From an uncultured Bacilli bacterium (lineage in GTDB: Bacteria > Bacillota_I > Bacilli_A > RF39 > UBA660), in assembly GCA_947626055.1 (NCBI GenBank), contig CANQQP010000001.1, positions 75,314-139,313 of the forward strand: a stretch of DNA of 64,000 nt, written 5' to 3'. The first letter of the stretch is position 1. Each line of letters starts with the position of its first letter. Shown in pieces: positions 1 to 9,987 of this stretch. The notes under the pieces were generated by a model. That model was not told the origin of the DNA. It saw only the letters and a program-made list of their open reading frames with translations, and made no database searches. The position numbers were made by a program, and so were the translations under genes.

Positions 1-380
1 ATGCTTTTGTTTCGACTGTAGCCGATAAATACGAGAGTATGCTAAATAATTTAAAAGATAGAGACAAAACAATAAATGAATTAACAGAGAAAGTTAAAAA
101 TTATAAAAATATTGAGAATAGTTTTAATCGGGCTATGGCTATGGCTGAAGAAACCGCTAGTCAAATGAAAAGATTAGCTCGAGAAGAAGCAAATAGTATT
201 ATAAATGAAGCTAAAGCTAATGCTTCAAGAATTGTCAATAATGCCCTTGTTAAATCGGAAAAAATTGAAACTGAAAATCAAGCTTTAATGCATCGCACCA
301 ATTTAGTGAAAAAAAGACTAAAACAAACTTTAGAAGATGAACTTGCTATGTTAGATGATATTGATGATTTTAATTATTAA
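1..380 (+). CDS. DivIVA-domain protein, C-terminal part; the 5' end lies outside the window
   Basis: The reading frame is open from nt 3 to the window edge. The coiled-coil A/E/K/N-rich sequence AMAMAEETASQMKRLAREEANSIINEAKANASRIV is typical of DivIVA. Confidence 0.55.
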   Translation, partial: AFVSTVADKYESMLNNLKDRDKTINELTEKVKNYKNIENSFNRAMAMAEETASQMKRLAREEANSIINEAKANASRIVNNALVKSEKIETENQALMHRTNLVKKRLKQTLEDELAMLDDIDDFNY

Positions 381-430
381 TATCATTTTTTTCTAAACTA
401 TGCTAATATAATTATATAAGGAGAGATAAA

Positions 431-966
431 ATGTCAATAAATGAAGTAGAAAGTAAAATGCAAAAGGCTCTTGAAAATATGGAAGCTAGATTTACTAATG
501 TTCGAGCTGGAAGAGCTAATCCGGCGATGTTAAATGGGATAATGGTAGATTATTATGGCACTCCAACTCCAATCAATAGTCTAGCCAATATTACTGTACC
601 AGAGGCCAAGCAATTATTTATTAAACCTTTTGATAGGAATGTATTAAAAGATATTGAAAGAGCTATTAACGAAGCTAATATAGGCATTACGCCAACTAAT
701 AACGGCGAAGTTGTTATATTAACAGTACCTGATTTAACTGAAGAGCGTCGTCGTGATTATGTAAAACAAGTAAAAGCTATGGCTGAAGATGCAAAAGTAG
801 CTTTAAGAAATATTCGTCAAGAAGCTAACCAAACTATCAAAAAAGAAGAACTTCCTGAGATGAAGAAAAAAATATGATGGAAGATGTTCAAGAATTAATT
901 AATAAATACAATAAAATTGTTGATGATAAAGCGAAAGAAAAAGAGCAGGAATTAATGCAAGTATAG
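431..966 (+). pseudogene. frr: ribosome-recycling factor with its frame broken near nt 859 (ORF piece 431..877 plus an out-of-frame C-terminus 859..966)
   Basis: Frr motifs RFTNVRAGRANPAMLNGIMVDYYGTPTPI and EERRRDYVKQVK are present. The canonical C-terminus DEEKNMMEDVQELINKYNKIVDDKAKEKEQELMQV is encoded in the -1 frame from nt 859 to the TAG at 964-966. Confidence 0.85.
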
Positions 967-1002
967 AGTAAATCTTATGATTTACTTTTTTAAAGGAGAA
1001 AT

Positions 1003-1332
1003 ATGGTAGAATTTAAAGATTTTTTAAAATTTGATATTAGAGTAGGAACAATAATTAAAGCCGAAGAATTTAAAGAAGCACGAAAGAAAGCCTATAAGTT
1101 AGTTATTGATTTTGGTGATGAAATTGGGTTAAAAAAATCATCTGCTCAAATTACTGAAAATTATAAAATAACTGATTTAGATAATAAACAAGTAATTGCT
1201 ATTATTAATTTTCCTGAAAAACAAATAGCTAATTTTCTTTCTGAAGTTTTAGTTTTAGGTATATATACAGATGACGGAGTAATTTTATTAAGTCCCGAGC
1301 AAAAAGTAAAAAACGGAACGAAAATCGGTTAG
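1003..1332 (+). CDS. tRNA-binding domain protein (CsaA/YtpR-like, EMAP fold)
   Basis: FDIRVGTIIKAE, KLVIDFGDE and SAQI blocks; about 110 aa, the size of this family. Confidence 0.7.
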   Translation: MVEFKDFLKFDIRVGTIIKAEEFKEARKKAYKLVIDFGDEIGLKKSSAQITENYKITDLDNKQVIAIINFPEKQIANFLSEVLVLGIYTDDGVILLSPEQKVKNGTKIG

Positions 1333-1385
1333 ACCTTTAAGTTTAAAATTGAAAATGGTATAATTTTCTTAGGATGTGAAAACAA

Positions 1386-3302
1386 ATGAAAAAAATCGGG
1401 TTATTTTTATTATTACTGATAGTGCCTCTAGCAGTAAAAGCTGAAGTTGATTATAATATAACAGATTATTATATTTCTTCAGAAGTTGAAATTGCCGGAG
1501 GGATTAAAATAAAAGAATTATTAGTCTTAGATGGCACATTTAATGGCTACCAACGCGATATTGTCTATAAAAATAGTTCTTTACCAAAATGGGAAGCAAG
1601 AAAAATTAACTTTGAAAAAAGCTCTATTTATGGAGGTAGTAGCTTAGAAAATCTTAGAGTAGCTACCTTTAAAGTAGGCGATAATGTTGATTTTAAAACA
1701 ATGCAAGATATTAATAGTGCTTCTTTTGCCGAGGAAGTAAGTAAGGCTTCCTTAGGTGATAGGAATGTTTATACGATTGAAAAAACTGATGATGGCGAAA
1801 ATGTTAGAATGTATAGTCCTTCTAATAATGGAAGAGTAGCTTTTTATTTAGAATATGTAATCACTAATGCTGTTGTTATGCATAATGATGTAGCTGAGTT
1901 ATATTATCCATATGTAGGTGATAAATTTAGTGATCCTATTGGTAATGTGCAAGTGCAAGTAATTTTACCATATTCTGATACTTCGGATAATTTTCGCATT
2001 TGGGCCCATGGACCGTTAACTGGCGAAATTAAAAAATATCAAAACGAAGATAAAGAACCAATTGGTGTATTAGCAAGTGCGAAAAATTTACAAGCCAATA
2101 CAGGATTTGATATTCGTTTAACTTTTGATAAATCGCTCATTCAAATTCCTGATTTTATGAATCATTCTAATGAAGACGCTCTAGCCAAAATTATTGCGGT
2201 AGAAGAAAAAAGAGCTGATGAAGCAAATGCCCAAAGAGCAAAAATTAGATTAATTTATTATTCAATTATGGGAATTGTAGCGGCTTATATAGCTGGTTTA
2301 ATAGCATTATGGATATATATTTATATTAAACATGATAGAGAATACCAAAGTAATTTTAAAGGTAAATATTATCGAGATTTTATTGAAGATTATGATGTTG
2401 AAGTCATAGATTATTTGCTACACCGTTCTATAACTCCTAATGCCATGAGTGCTTCTATAATGAATTTAATTTATAAAAAGAATATTGAAGTTGCCGAAAT
2501 TGCTAGCAAAAAGAAAAGTAAAGAATATAAATTTATTTTAAAAAACAAAGATAATTTATCAGAAGCTGAAAATTATTTAATTGATTTCCTATTTACTTCT
2601 GTGGGAGATAATAATGAATTTACAACTAAAGATTTACAAAATTATGCAGATTCTAGCCATACATATTCCATATTTACAGCTAAATATCAGAATTGGAAAA
2701 ATAAAGTAATTGCCGAAGGTCAAAATCAAAACTTCTATGAAAACAAAGATAAAATAAAAACACTGGGGATTTCCTATTCTGTTTTAGGTATTATTATCTT
2801 TATAATAAGTATGCTTAACAATGTTCAAAGTATCTTTATATATTTAATGTTAATTCCAATAATTATCTTCCTATTTTACACTATATTATTTAATAAGCGA
2901 ACTAAAAAAGGAAATGATGATTATGCCAAATGGAGGGGCTTTAAAAACTTTTTAAATGACTTTGGTACCTTTGAGGCTAAAGAGTTACCAGAAATAGCTT
3001 TATGGGAACGTTATATGGTTTATGCAGTAATTTTTGGTATTGCTGATAAAGTCCAAAAAGCTATGAATGTTAAAATTAAAGAATATGATCCAAATAATCC
3101 AATGTACGCTCCATATATGAATAGTTGGTTATATTATGATATGCATTATCATTTAGCAAATACCGTTCATCAGGCTGTTACAACTAGTATAAATGCAGCT
3201 AATGCTCATTCTATAAATTCTAGTGGCAGTGGCTTTGGCGGGGGATTTTCATCTGGTTCCGGAGGAGGCTTCGGAGGCGGTGGTGGAGGTCACGGATTTT
3301 AA
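1386..3302 (+). CDS. DUF2207-type membrane protein with a Gly-rich C-terminal tail
   Basis: Signal peptide, large ectodomain, several TM segments, and a terminal GSGFGGGFSSGSGGGFGGGGGGHGF tail characteristic of DUF2207. Confidence 0.6.
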   Translation: MKKIGLFLLLLIVPLAVKAEVDYNITDYYISSEVEIAGGIKIKELLVLDGTFNGYQRDIVYKNSSLPKWEARKINFEKSSIYGGSSLENLRVATFKVGDNVDFKTMQDINSASFAEEVSKASLGDRNVYTIEKTDDGENVRMYSPSNNGRVAFYLEYVITNAVVMHNDVAELYYPYVGDKFSDPIGNVQVQVILPYSDTSDNFRIWAHGPLTGEIKKYQNEDKEPIGVLASAKNLQANTGFDIRLTFDKSLIQIPDFMNHSNEDALAKIIAVEEKRADEANAQRAKIRLIYYSIMGIVAAYIAGLIALWIYIYIKHDREYQSNFKGKYYRDFIEDYDVEVIDYLLHRSITPNAMSASIMNLIYKKNIEVAEIASKKKSKEYKFILKNKDNLSEAENYLIDFLFTSVGDNNEFTTKDLQNYADSSHTYSIFTAKYQNWKNKVIAEGQNQNFYENKDKIKTLGISYSVLGIIIFIISMLNNVQSIFIYLMLIPIIIFLFYTILFNKRTKKGNDDYAKWRGFKNFLNDFGTFEAKELPEIALWERYMVYAVIFGIADKVQKAMNVKIKEYDPNNPMYAPYMNSWLYYDMHYHLANTVHQAVTTSINAANAHSINSSGSGFGGGFSSGSGGGFGGGGGGHGF

Positions 3303-3362
3303 TGTTGCCTTTTTTTCTTACGAAAGTATAATAAATTTTAAATTGAAAGGAGAATATTAAAA

Positions 3363-4175
3363 ATGACAATAGAATTAATCAGACAAGTACCATCCCATTA
3401 TATTGGTGAAGATTGCTTACAAATTTATATGGGTATTAGAGAAAGGGGCGTTTTATTAAGTCCCGATGGAATTATGTATCAAGATTTAGGCTCCTCAAAA
3501 ATCAATAGATATTTAGATGATGAAAGAAAGAAACAATTTCCTTATTCAAATATTCCTTCATATGTTAAAAAAGTACTTTTCCAAAAAATGCAATGTAATT
3601 TGCAACTTTTGGATTATAATAAACTTTATGTTTATCTTGATCCGTATGGAATTTTTACTTTTCAAGTTCTAAGAAATAAGAATGAAGGTTTAGTAGTATC
3701 TCAGTCTGGACCCCTATATACATATTTTAGTACTCAACCACTTTCTTTAGATAAAAAGGATTTAAAGGCTTTTTTAAGCCCTCAAGAAGGTAAATATTAC
3801 TACATAGCAAAAACTGGTAAAGATTATGAATTACAAACAAAATTAGATGATTTAATTGATGAAACGTTTAATGATAATCAAAAAAATAAAACAACCAAAT
3901 TAACGGATACACCATTTTTAAGTGTTCAACTTCAAGATGATTCCGCTGTAATAAAACAAATATATGTTGTAGGTAATGCAGGTACGAATAATGAATTATT
4001 TGTTTATGTTCAACATATTCCAATCAAAAAACATAACTTAGAAACAATTAAAAATATTCGTAAATTTCCGTCTAAGGAACCTAAAATTAATTTAAAATAT
4101 AATCCAAATATTACCAAAGAGGATATTAATGCAGCAAAACAATTAATCAGAACAAAATCCTCTTTTAAAAGGTAA
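3363..4175 (+). CDS. hypothetical protein, 270 aa
   Basis: Long ORF with RBS aaaggag upstream; no motif recognised. Confidence 0.6.
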   Translation: MTIELIRQVPSHYIGEDCLQIYMGIRERGVLLSPDGIMYQDLGSSKINRYLDDERKKQFPYSNIPSYVKKVLFQKMQCNLQLLDYNKLYVYLDPYGIFTFQVLRNKNEGLVVSQSGPLYTYFSTQPLSLDKKDLKAFLSPQEGKYYYIAKTGKDYELQTKLDDLIDETFNDNQKNKTTKLTDTPFLSVQLQDDSAVIKQIYVVGNAGTNNELFVYVQHIPIKKHNLETIKNIRKFPSKEPKINLKYNPNITKEDINAAKQLIRTKSSFKR

Positions 4176-4181
4176 ATAAAT

Positions 4182-4817
4182 ATGGAAGTAAATATTGGCC
4201 CATATAATATTGAAGTTATAATTGTATATAAAAAAAATAAAAATATTTATATGCGGGTGAAAGAAGATTTAAAACTCTATATTACCTGCCATCCTCTAGT
4301 AAGTAAAAAAGAATTACTAAAGCTTATTAAAACTAACGAAAAAAGTATTATTAAAATGTATGAAAAAATGTTAAAAACTAATCAATATGAAAATGAATTT
4401 TATTATTTAGGCGATAAATACGAAGTTATATATGATGAAAATATAAACTCCCCGGAAATAAACGGATCTAATATTTATGTCAAAAATGAAAAAATGTTAA
4501 ATAAATTTTGGCAAGATGAATGTAAACGTATTTTTTCGAAAAGAGTCCAAGATTTAAAAATTTTATTTCCGTATTTACCTCAATTTAGTTTAAAAATAAG
4601 AAAAATGAAAAGTCGTTGGGGTGTTTGTAATCGCAGTAATAATACTGTAACATTAAATAGCGAATTATTAAAAAAAGATCTCTCACTTTTAGATTATGTT
4701 ATAATTCACGAATTATGTCATTTTAAGCATCCTAATCATAGTGCTGCTTTTTGGCAAGAGGTAAGTAAACATTATCCTTATTATAAATTAGCAAGAAAAC
4801 GTTTGAAGGAGGTCTAA
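4182..4817 (+). CDS. YgjP-like zinc metallohydrolase (DUF45 / M48 family)
   Basis: HELCHFKHPNHSAAFW (HExxH plus a downstream H) and SRWGVC motif. Confidence 0.75.
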   Translation: MEVNIGPYNIEVIIVYKKNKNIYMRVKEDLKLYITCHPLVSKKELLKLIKTNEKSIIKMYEKMLKTNQYENEFYYLGDKYEVIYDENINSPEINGSNIYVKNEKMLNKFWQDECKRIFSKRVQDLKILFPYLPQFSLKIRKMKSRWGVCNRSNNTVTLNSELLKKDLSLLDYVIIHELCHFKHPNHSAAFWQEVSKHYPYYKLARKRLKEV

Positions 4818-4819
4818 GC

Positions 4820-5554
4820 ATGAATTTAATTACTTCATTAGACAATATTAATGTTAAAAGATGGTGTAAATTAAAAAGCAAAAAATATCGTGATAAAGAA
4901 GGAGCTTTTTTAATCGAAGGTGAGCATTTAGTTTTAGAAGCGATTAAACAAAATGTAGCTATAGAAGTAATTTTGGATAGTGAGACTATTTTTCCTGTTG
5001 ATATTCCTAAATATTACGTAACCAAGGATATATTAAAAAAAATCACCTCATTAGAAAATCCACCGGCAATGCTAGCTGTAGCTAAAAAAATTCCCGAAAA
5101 GCCTTATGGTCAAAAGCTCCTTTTAATAGACAGTCTGCAAGATCCTGGTAATTTAGGTACAATTATAAGAACGTCAGTAGCTTTTAATATTGATACTATT
5201 GTTTTAGGAGAAAATACTGTCGATTTATATAACGAAAAAGTTTTAAGAGCTACCCAAGGTTTAATTTTTCATATTAATATTATCAAAAGAGATTTATATA
5301 CTTTTATTGATGAATTAAAAAAGAACAATTATAAGGTTATTGGAACAAATGTAACGCATGGTCAAAAAATTGAAGAACTTGATTTACCAAATAAATATGC
5401 TTTTATAATGGGCAATGAAGGTAATGGAGTTAATAAAGATATTTTAAATAAGTGTAGCCAATATGTATATATTCCTATGAATGAAGCCTGTGAGAGCTTA
5501 AATGTGGCTATTGCTACGGGAATTATTCTTTATGAATTAGCCAAGAAAAGATAA
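4820..5554 (+). CDS. TrmH/SpoU-family RNA 2'-O-methyltransferase
   Basis: DPGNLGTIIRT, FIMGNEGNGV and ESLNVAIATGIILYE SpoU motifs. Confidence 0.8.
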   Translation: MNLITSLDNINVKRWCKLKSKKYRDKEGAFLIEGEHLVLEAIKQNVAIEVILDSETIFPVDIPKYYVTKDILKKITSLENPPAMLAVAKKIPEKPYGQKLLLIDSLQDPGNLGTIIRTSVAFNIDTIVLGENTVDLYNEKVLRATQGLIFHINIIKRDLYTFIDELKKNNYKVIGTNVTHGQKIEELDLPNKYAFIMGNEGNGVNKDILNKCSQYVYIPMNEACESLNVAIATGIILYELAKKR

Positions 5555-5568
5555 TTAAAAATATCCTC

Positions 5569-5599
5569 GAAAAGTTAAGGTGGAACTTTTCTTTTTTTT
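5569..5599 (+). terminator. intrinsic terminator after the methyltransferase gene
   Basis: 8-bp stem gaaaagtt/aacttttc followed by a T8 run. Confidence 0.7.
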
Positions 5600-5625
5600 G
5601 TTATACAATATTTCTGGTGATTTAT

Positions 5626-6378
5626 ATGTTAAAGATTAAGGATTTAACAGTAGTTGCAGATAATAAAATTATTTTAAATAAATTAAATTTAGATATAGAA
5701 ACCGGAAAAATTTGGGCAATCATGGGACCTAATGGGGTTGGAAAAAGTACAATATGTAAGGTTTTGTTAAAAGATCCAAATTATCTTATAAAACAGGGTA
5801 GTATCATTTATAATGGGAAAATAATAAATGATCTAAGCACGGATCAAAGAGCAAAATTAGGACTATTTTTAATTGCTCAGACGCCTACGGCTATAGATGG
5901 TGTGCAAAATAGTGAAATGTTGCGCATGGCGATAGCAAATCGCACTGGAAAAGCAGTAGATATCCTAAGCTTTCACAAAGAAATTAAAGAAGTATGTCAA
6001 AAATTAGATATTCCTAATGATTTTATTCATCGCGATATAAATGCCGGAATGAGTGGCGGAGAACGGAAAAAGAATGAATTAATGCACTTATGGATGCTAA
6101 AACCAGAATTTATAATCTTAGATGAAATCGATTCGGGATTAGATGTCGATGCTTTTAAAATTGTCATGAAATCTTTAAAAGATTACTATAAAAAATATCA
6201 TCCTTCTATTTTAATAATTACCCATAATACCAAAGTGTTTAAATATTTAAAACCAGATGGAATTAGTATTTTAGAAGATGGAAAAATAATTAAAACTGGT
6301 ACGGAAGAATTAGCAAATATTATAGATGAGAATGGATTTGAGGCATTTAAAGTAAGTGAGAGTGTAACTCATGAATAA
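5626..6378 (+). CDS. sufC: Fe-S cluster assembly ATPase SufC
   Basis: Walker A GPNGVGKST, ABC signature MSGGERKK, Walker B ILDEIDSGLD. Start taken at ATG 5626 behind the ggtga RBS. Confidence 0.9.
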   Translation: MLKIKDLTVVADNKIILNKLNLDIETGKIWAIMGPNGVGKSTICKVLLKDPNYLIKQGSIIYNGKIINDLSTDQRAKLGLFLIAQTPTAIDGVQNSEMLRMAIANRTGKAVDILSFHKEIKEVCQKLDIPNDFIHRDINAGMSGGERKKNELMHLWMLKPEFIILDEIDSGLDVDAFKIVMKSLKDYYKKYHPSILIITHNTKVFKYLKPDGISILEDGKIIKTGTEELANIIDENGFEAFKVSESVTHE

Positions 6379-7036
6379 AATAATAATAGAAAATGATTAT
6401 ATATCATTTGATGATGAAGAAGTAGATGTTCAATTTAATACCCAAAACTTGACAATTGATATTACCAATAATGTCGTAATTAACGAATTAAATGATTGTA
6501 ATATTATTCAAAAACTTCTTATTAATATCCATGATAATAGCACTCTTACCTTAAATATATTTAATCAAAAAGCTAGTCTTAATTTAGATATAGAAATAAA
6601 TATCTATGATAATGGGAAGTTTTATGGTAATATTGGTTTAATTGCCAATACAGAAAATCATTTAAATGTTACAACTAATATGTTTAAAGATAATATTGAA
6701 AATATTTTAAATATTAAAGGAATATCTAAAAAAGATGGATATTTTAATATTAAAGTAGATGGCAATGTACAAAAGAATACTTATAATAATATGATGAAAG
6801 AAAGTATTAAAATTCTAAATTTAAATGCGAAAGAAAATAAGATTCTACCTAATATGTTAGTCGCTACTAATGAAGTAAAAGCCGATCATTTTGTGACTAT
6901 ATCTAATATTTCAGAACCGGAGTTATTTTATTTAATGAGTAAAGGAATTAATCGAAATTTAGCTAGTAAAATATTAGAAAAAGCATTTATATTTAGTTTA
7001 TATGATGAAAAGGTTAAAAAGATAATAGATAAATAG
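6371..7036 (+). CDS. sufD: SufB/SufD-family protein, about half the usual length (221 aa)
   Basis: C-terminal block ADHFVTISNISEPELFYLMSKGINRNLASKILEKAF typical of the SufBD domain; overlaps the sufC stop. Confidence 0.7.
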   Translation: MNKIIIENDYISFDDEEVDVQFNTQNLTIDITNNVVINELNDCNIIQKLLINIHDNSTLTLNIFNQKASLNLDIEINIYDNGKFYGNIGLIANTENHLNVTTNMFKDNIENILNIKGISKKDGYFNIKVDGNVQKNTYNNMMKESIKILNLNAKENKILPNMLVATNEVKADHFVTISNISEPELFYLMSKGINRNLASKILEKAFIFSLYDEKVKKIIDK

Positions 7037-7046
7037 GAGGTGAGTT

Positions 7047-8243
7047 ATGAATCGTGATGATTTTCCTATGTTAAAACAGAATATTATATATTTGGATAAT
7101 GGAGCTACTAGTTTTAAGCCGCAAGTCGTAATTGATAAAATGAATGAATATTATACAACCTATTCGGCAAATGCCCATCGGGGTGACTATGATATTTCTT
7201 ATCATGTTGATATGGAATATGAAAATACCCGCGATTTAGTAAAAACATTTATTAATGCCCAAAGCAAAGAGGAAATAATTTTTACAGGTGGGGCAACGGA
7301 GAGCCTAAATTTAATAGTTAATGGTTTTTTTGAAAAAAATATTGAACAAGGCGATGAAATAATCATTACCAAAAGTGAACATGCTTCTAATGTTATTCCA
7401 TGGTTTCGTTTAGCTAAAAATAAAAAAGCTATAATTAAATATATTGAATTAAATGAAAATCATGAAGTAACTATCGAAGCTCTTCAAAAAATTATCACAC
7501 CTAAAACTAAAATTATTGCCTTAGCCCAAGTCACTAATGTAATTGGTGATGAAAGGCCAATTAAACAAATATGTGCTTTGGCCCATGAACAAAATATTTT
7601 TGTTGTTGTCGATGGTTCGCAAAGTGTTCCCCATATGAAAGTTGACGTTCAAGATTTAGATTGTGATTTTCTTTGTTTTTCTGCTCATAAAATGTGTGGT
7701 CCTACGGGTGTAGGAGTACTTTATGGTAAAAAGGAACTTTTAGAAGCAATAGAACCTACTAATTTAGGGGGAGGGATGAATGAATCTTTTGATAATGAAT
7801 TTGAAGTTTTATTAAAACCGTTGCCTACCCGTTTAGAAGCAGGTACCCCTAATATTGCTGGCGTAATTGGTTTAGGGGCAGCTATCGAATATTTAAATGA
7901 AATTGGCATGGATAAGATTGCCAAATATGAACGAAATTTAAGGGAATACTTAATTAATAAATTAGAAAAAATTAGCTATATAGATATAATTAATTTACAT
8001 AGTAAGTCAGGCATTGTCGCCTTTAATGTTGATAATATATTTAGCCAAGATGTCGCTTATTATCTTAATCGTTATCATATCTGTGTAAGAGCAGGTAATC
8101 ATTGTGCGAAAATATTGAAAAGTGAAACAGGCGTAAAAAATACTTGCCGAATAAGCTTATATTTTTATAATACTAAAGAAGAAATTGATAAATTAGTCGA
8201 ACTTCTAGCTGATAAAGAAAAAATAATTGCGGAGATGTTTTAA
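7047..8243 (+). CDS. sufS: cysteine desulfurase SufS
   Basis: PLP-lysine region FSAHKMCGPTGVGVLYG and catalytic Cys loop RAGNHCA. Confidence 0.9.
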   Translation: MNRDDFPMLKQNIIYLDNGATSFKPQVVIDKMNEYYTTYSANAHRGDYDISYHVDMEYENTRDLVKTFINAQSKEEIIFTGGATESLNLIVNGFFEKNIEQGDEIIITKSEHASNVIPWFRLAKNKKAIIKYIELNENHEVTIEALQKIITPKTKIIALAQVTNVIGDERPIKQICALAHEQNIFVVVDGSQSVPHMKVDVQDLDCDFLCFSAHKMCGPTGVGVLYGKKELLEAIEPTNLGGGMNESFDNEFEVLLKPLPTRLEAGTPNIAGVIGLGAAIEYLNEIGMDKIAKYERNLREYLINKLEKISYIDIINLHSKSGIVAFNVDNIFSQDVAYYLNRYHICVRAGNHCAKILKSETGVKNTCRISLYFYNTKEEIDKLVELLADKEKIIAEMF

Positions 8244-8678
8244 ATGGATCAAGAGATAAAAAGAGAAATTATTATGGAAAACTATTTACATCCTCATAAT
8301 AAAGAGACAACTAATGATAGTGAATATCTAAAGGTAAATAGTAACAATGAGTCATGTATAGATAATATAGACTTGCAAATTTTAATAAAAAGTGGTAGGA
8401 TAAAAGACATTAAATTTAATGGGGAGGCATGTGCGATATCTACCGCATCTACTTCAATCATGATTAAAGAATTAATAAATAAAACAATTCCGGAAGCATT
8501 AGATTTTATTCATGATTTTGAAGCAATGATTAATGAAAATGAGTACAATAAAGAAAAATTAGGTGAAGCTTTAGTGTTTGATGACATATTCAAACAAAAA
8601 AATCGGAAAACTTGTGCTACATTACCCTATAAAGGGATGATTAAAGCTTTAGAAGAATATCAAAAAAATCATAATTAA
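8244..8678 (+). CDS. sufU: SufU/IscU-like sulfur acceptor and scaffold
   Basis: Cys/Asp ligand pattern NESCIDNI, GEACAIS, RKTCATL. Confidence 0.85.
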   Translation: MDQEIKREIIMENYLHPHNKETTNDSEYLKVNSNNESCIDNIDLQILIKSGRIKDIKFNGEACAISTASTSIMIKELINKTIPEALDFIHDFEAMINENEYNKEKLGEALVFDDIFKQKNRKTCATLPYKGMIKALEEYQKNHN

Positions 8679-8761
8679 TAGAAAGGTCATGCATAAAAAA
8701 CCTCAAAATTTAATATAAGAAGACAGAAAGGGAGATAAGCTTATATTTAAGCATATAAAAT

Positions 8762-9499
8762 ATGAAAACAAATCCAAAAATATCGGAGTATACAGTAGTT
8801 AAAAGAGTAATTACAAAAGATGAAGACGATAATATCATAGAAAACTCGTATTATATATTAAGAAATACTTTAGTTAAGTATGATGGTTATACATATACTG
8901 ATTTATGTACTAATAAACCTATTAAAATGTTTAATTTTCAAGAATTTGGCCATAATGATATAGGAATTATGTTGGAAAAAGACCAAACTTATTATGAAAA
9001 CCAAGTGCAAAATATTTGTGCTATTTATAATAATAAGGTTATGAATTTAATTCTAGAGTTAAAAGAAATTTTAAAAAATCAAGAACATTATTATGCTGGA
9101 GCCTTAAAAAAATATTTATACTATGTTGTTAAAAGTTTAGATAGTAAAAAAATTGTGGCTTTACAAACTCTTAAGACAAATTTTAACCCAGCAAATGAAG
9201 ATAGAAAAAAAATATATGAGTTATTAAAAGACATTAAAAATGAAAATACATACTATTTTAAAATATTTTTACATTATAGTATAAATGCGAAAATATTGGC
9301 AGATTTAAATAATCCAGTGCGTAATAGAATTAATCCGCAAAAAAGTATTATGCTATATGAAGAAGAAAACGGTCTTATCAAAAAGACTGAAGAAAATTGG
9401 CAGGAATTAAATTCTTATAAAAGTGCAAACAACAATAATAATATAGTTGTGCCTAAAAGAAGAAAAAGAATTTTTGAAAATTTGTTTGCTAAAATATAA
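8762..9499 (+). CDS. hypothetical protein, 245 aa, sitting where sufB is usually found
   Basis: Long ORF; no motif recognised; basic C-terminus PKRRKRIF. Confidence 0.55.
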   Translation: MKTNPKISEYTVVKRVITKDEDDNIIENSYYILRNTLVKYDGYTYTDLCTNKPIKMFNFQEFGHNDIGIMLEKDQTYYENQVQNICAIYNNKVMNLILELKEILKNQEHYYAGALKKYLYYVVKSLDSKKIVALQTLKTNFNPANEDRKKIYELLKDIKNENTYYFKIFLHYSINAKILADLNNPVRNRINPQKSIMLYEEENGLIKKTEENWQELNSYKSANNNNNIVVPKRRKRIFENLFAKI

Positions 9500-9524
9500 A
9501 TAAGTATGATAAAATAATCTTGGA

Positions 9525-9720
9525 ACACGATGATAAAAGACTAGTAATTAATATTTGTTTTCAAAGAGAATTAGTGGTTGGTGCAAACTAATAACAAAGT
9601 TAATGAATCTCCTTTTTAGTGTAGTTAATACCTACCGGTTAAAACCGTTATCTTAAATTAAGTAAAAAAAAGGATGGTACCGCATTATTTGCTCCTTGCA
9701 AGTAGTGTGGTTTTTATTTT
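9525..9720 (+). promoter_or_regulatory. T-box leader (tRNA-sensing riboswitch) ahead of DUF1653-serS
   Basis: GA motif cgatgataa, AG bay aaagagaa, and T-box core ggatggtaccgc at 9672-9683. Terminator: 11-bp stem 9679-9689 / 9701-9711 (accgcattatt / agtagtgtggt, 3 G-U pairs) followed by a T-run. Its 5' arm overlaps the T-box core, as expected for the terminator/antiterminator switch. Confidence 0.8.
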
Positions 9721-9735
9721 AGGAGGAAGGAAATT

Positions 9736-9984
9736 ATGATAAGAAAAGTAAAAGCTGGCGAAATATACCGTCATTTTAAAGGATCTAAAGCCTTTATCAT
9801 CGCTATTGCTAAACATAGTGAAACAAATGAAGACTTGGTAATTTATGCATGTATAGATAACACCGATTCTAATCACAAAGATGGTATTTATGCGCGGCCT
9901 TATAAAATGTTTGTCTCGGAAGTTGATCATGAAAAATATCCGGAGATAAAACAAAAATATCGATTTGAGAAAGTAGAGGAATAA
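9736..9984 (+). CDS. DUF1653 family small protein
   Basis: YRHFKG...VIY...RPYKMF pattern typical of DUF1653. Confidence 0.65.
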   Translation: MIRKVKAGEIYRHFKGSKAFIIAIAKHSETNEDLVIYACIDNTDSNHKDGIYARPYKMFVSEVDHEKYPEIKQKYRFEKVEE

Positions 9985-9987
9985 AAA

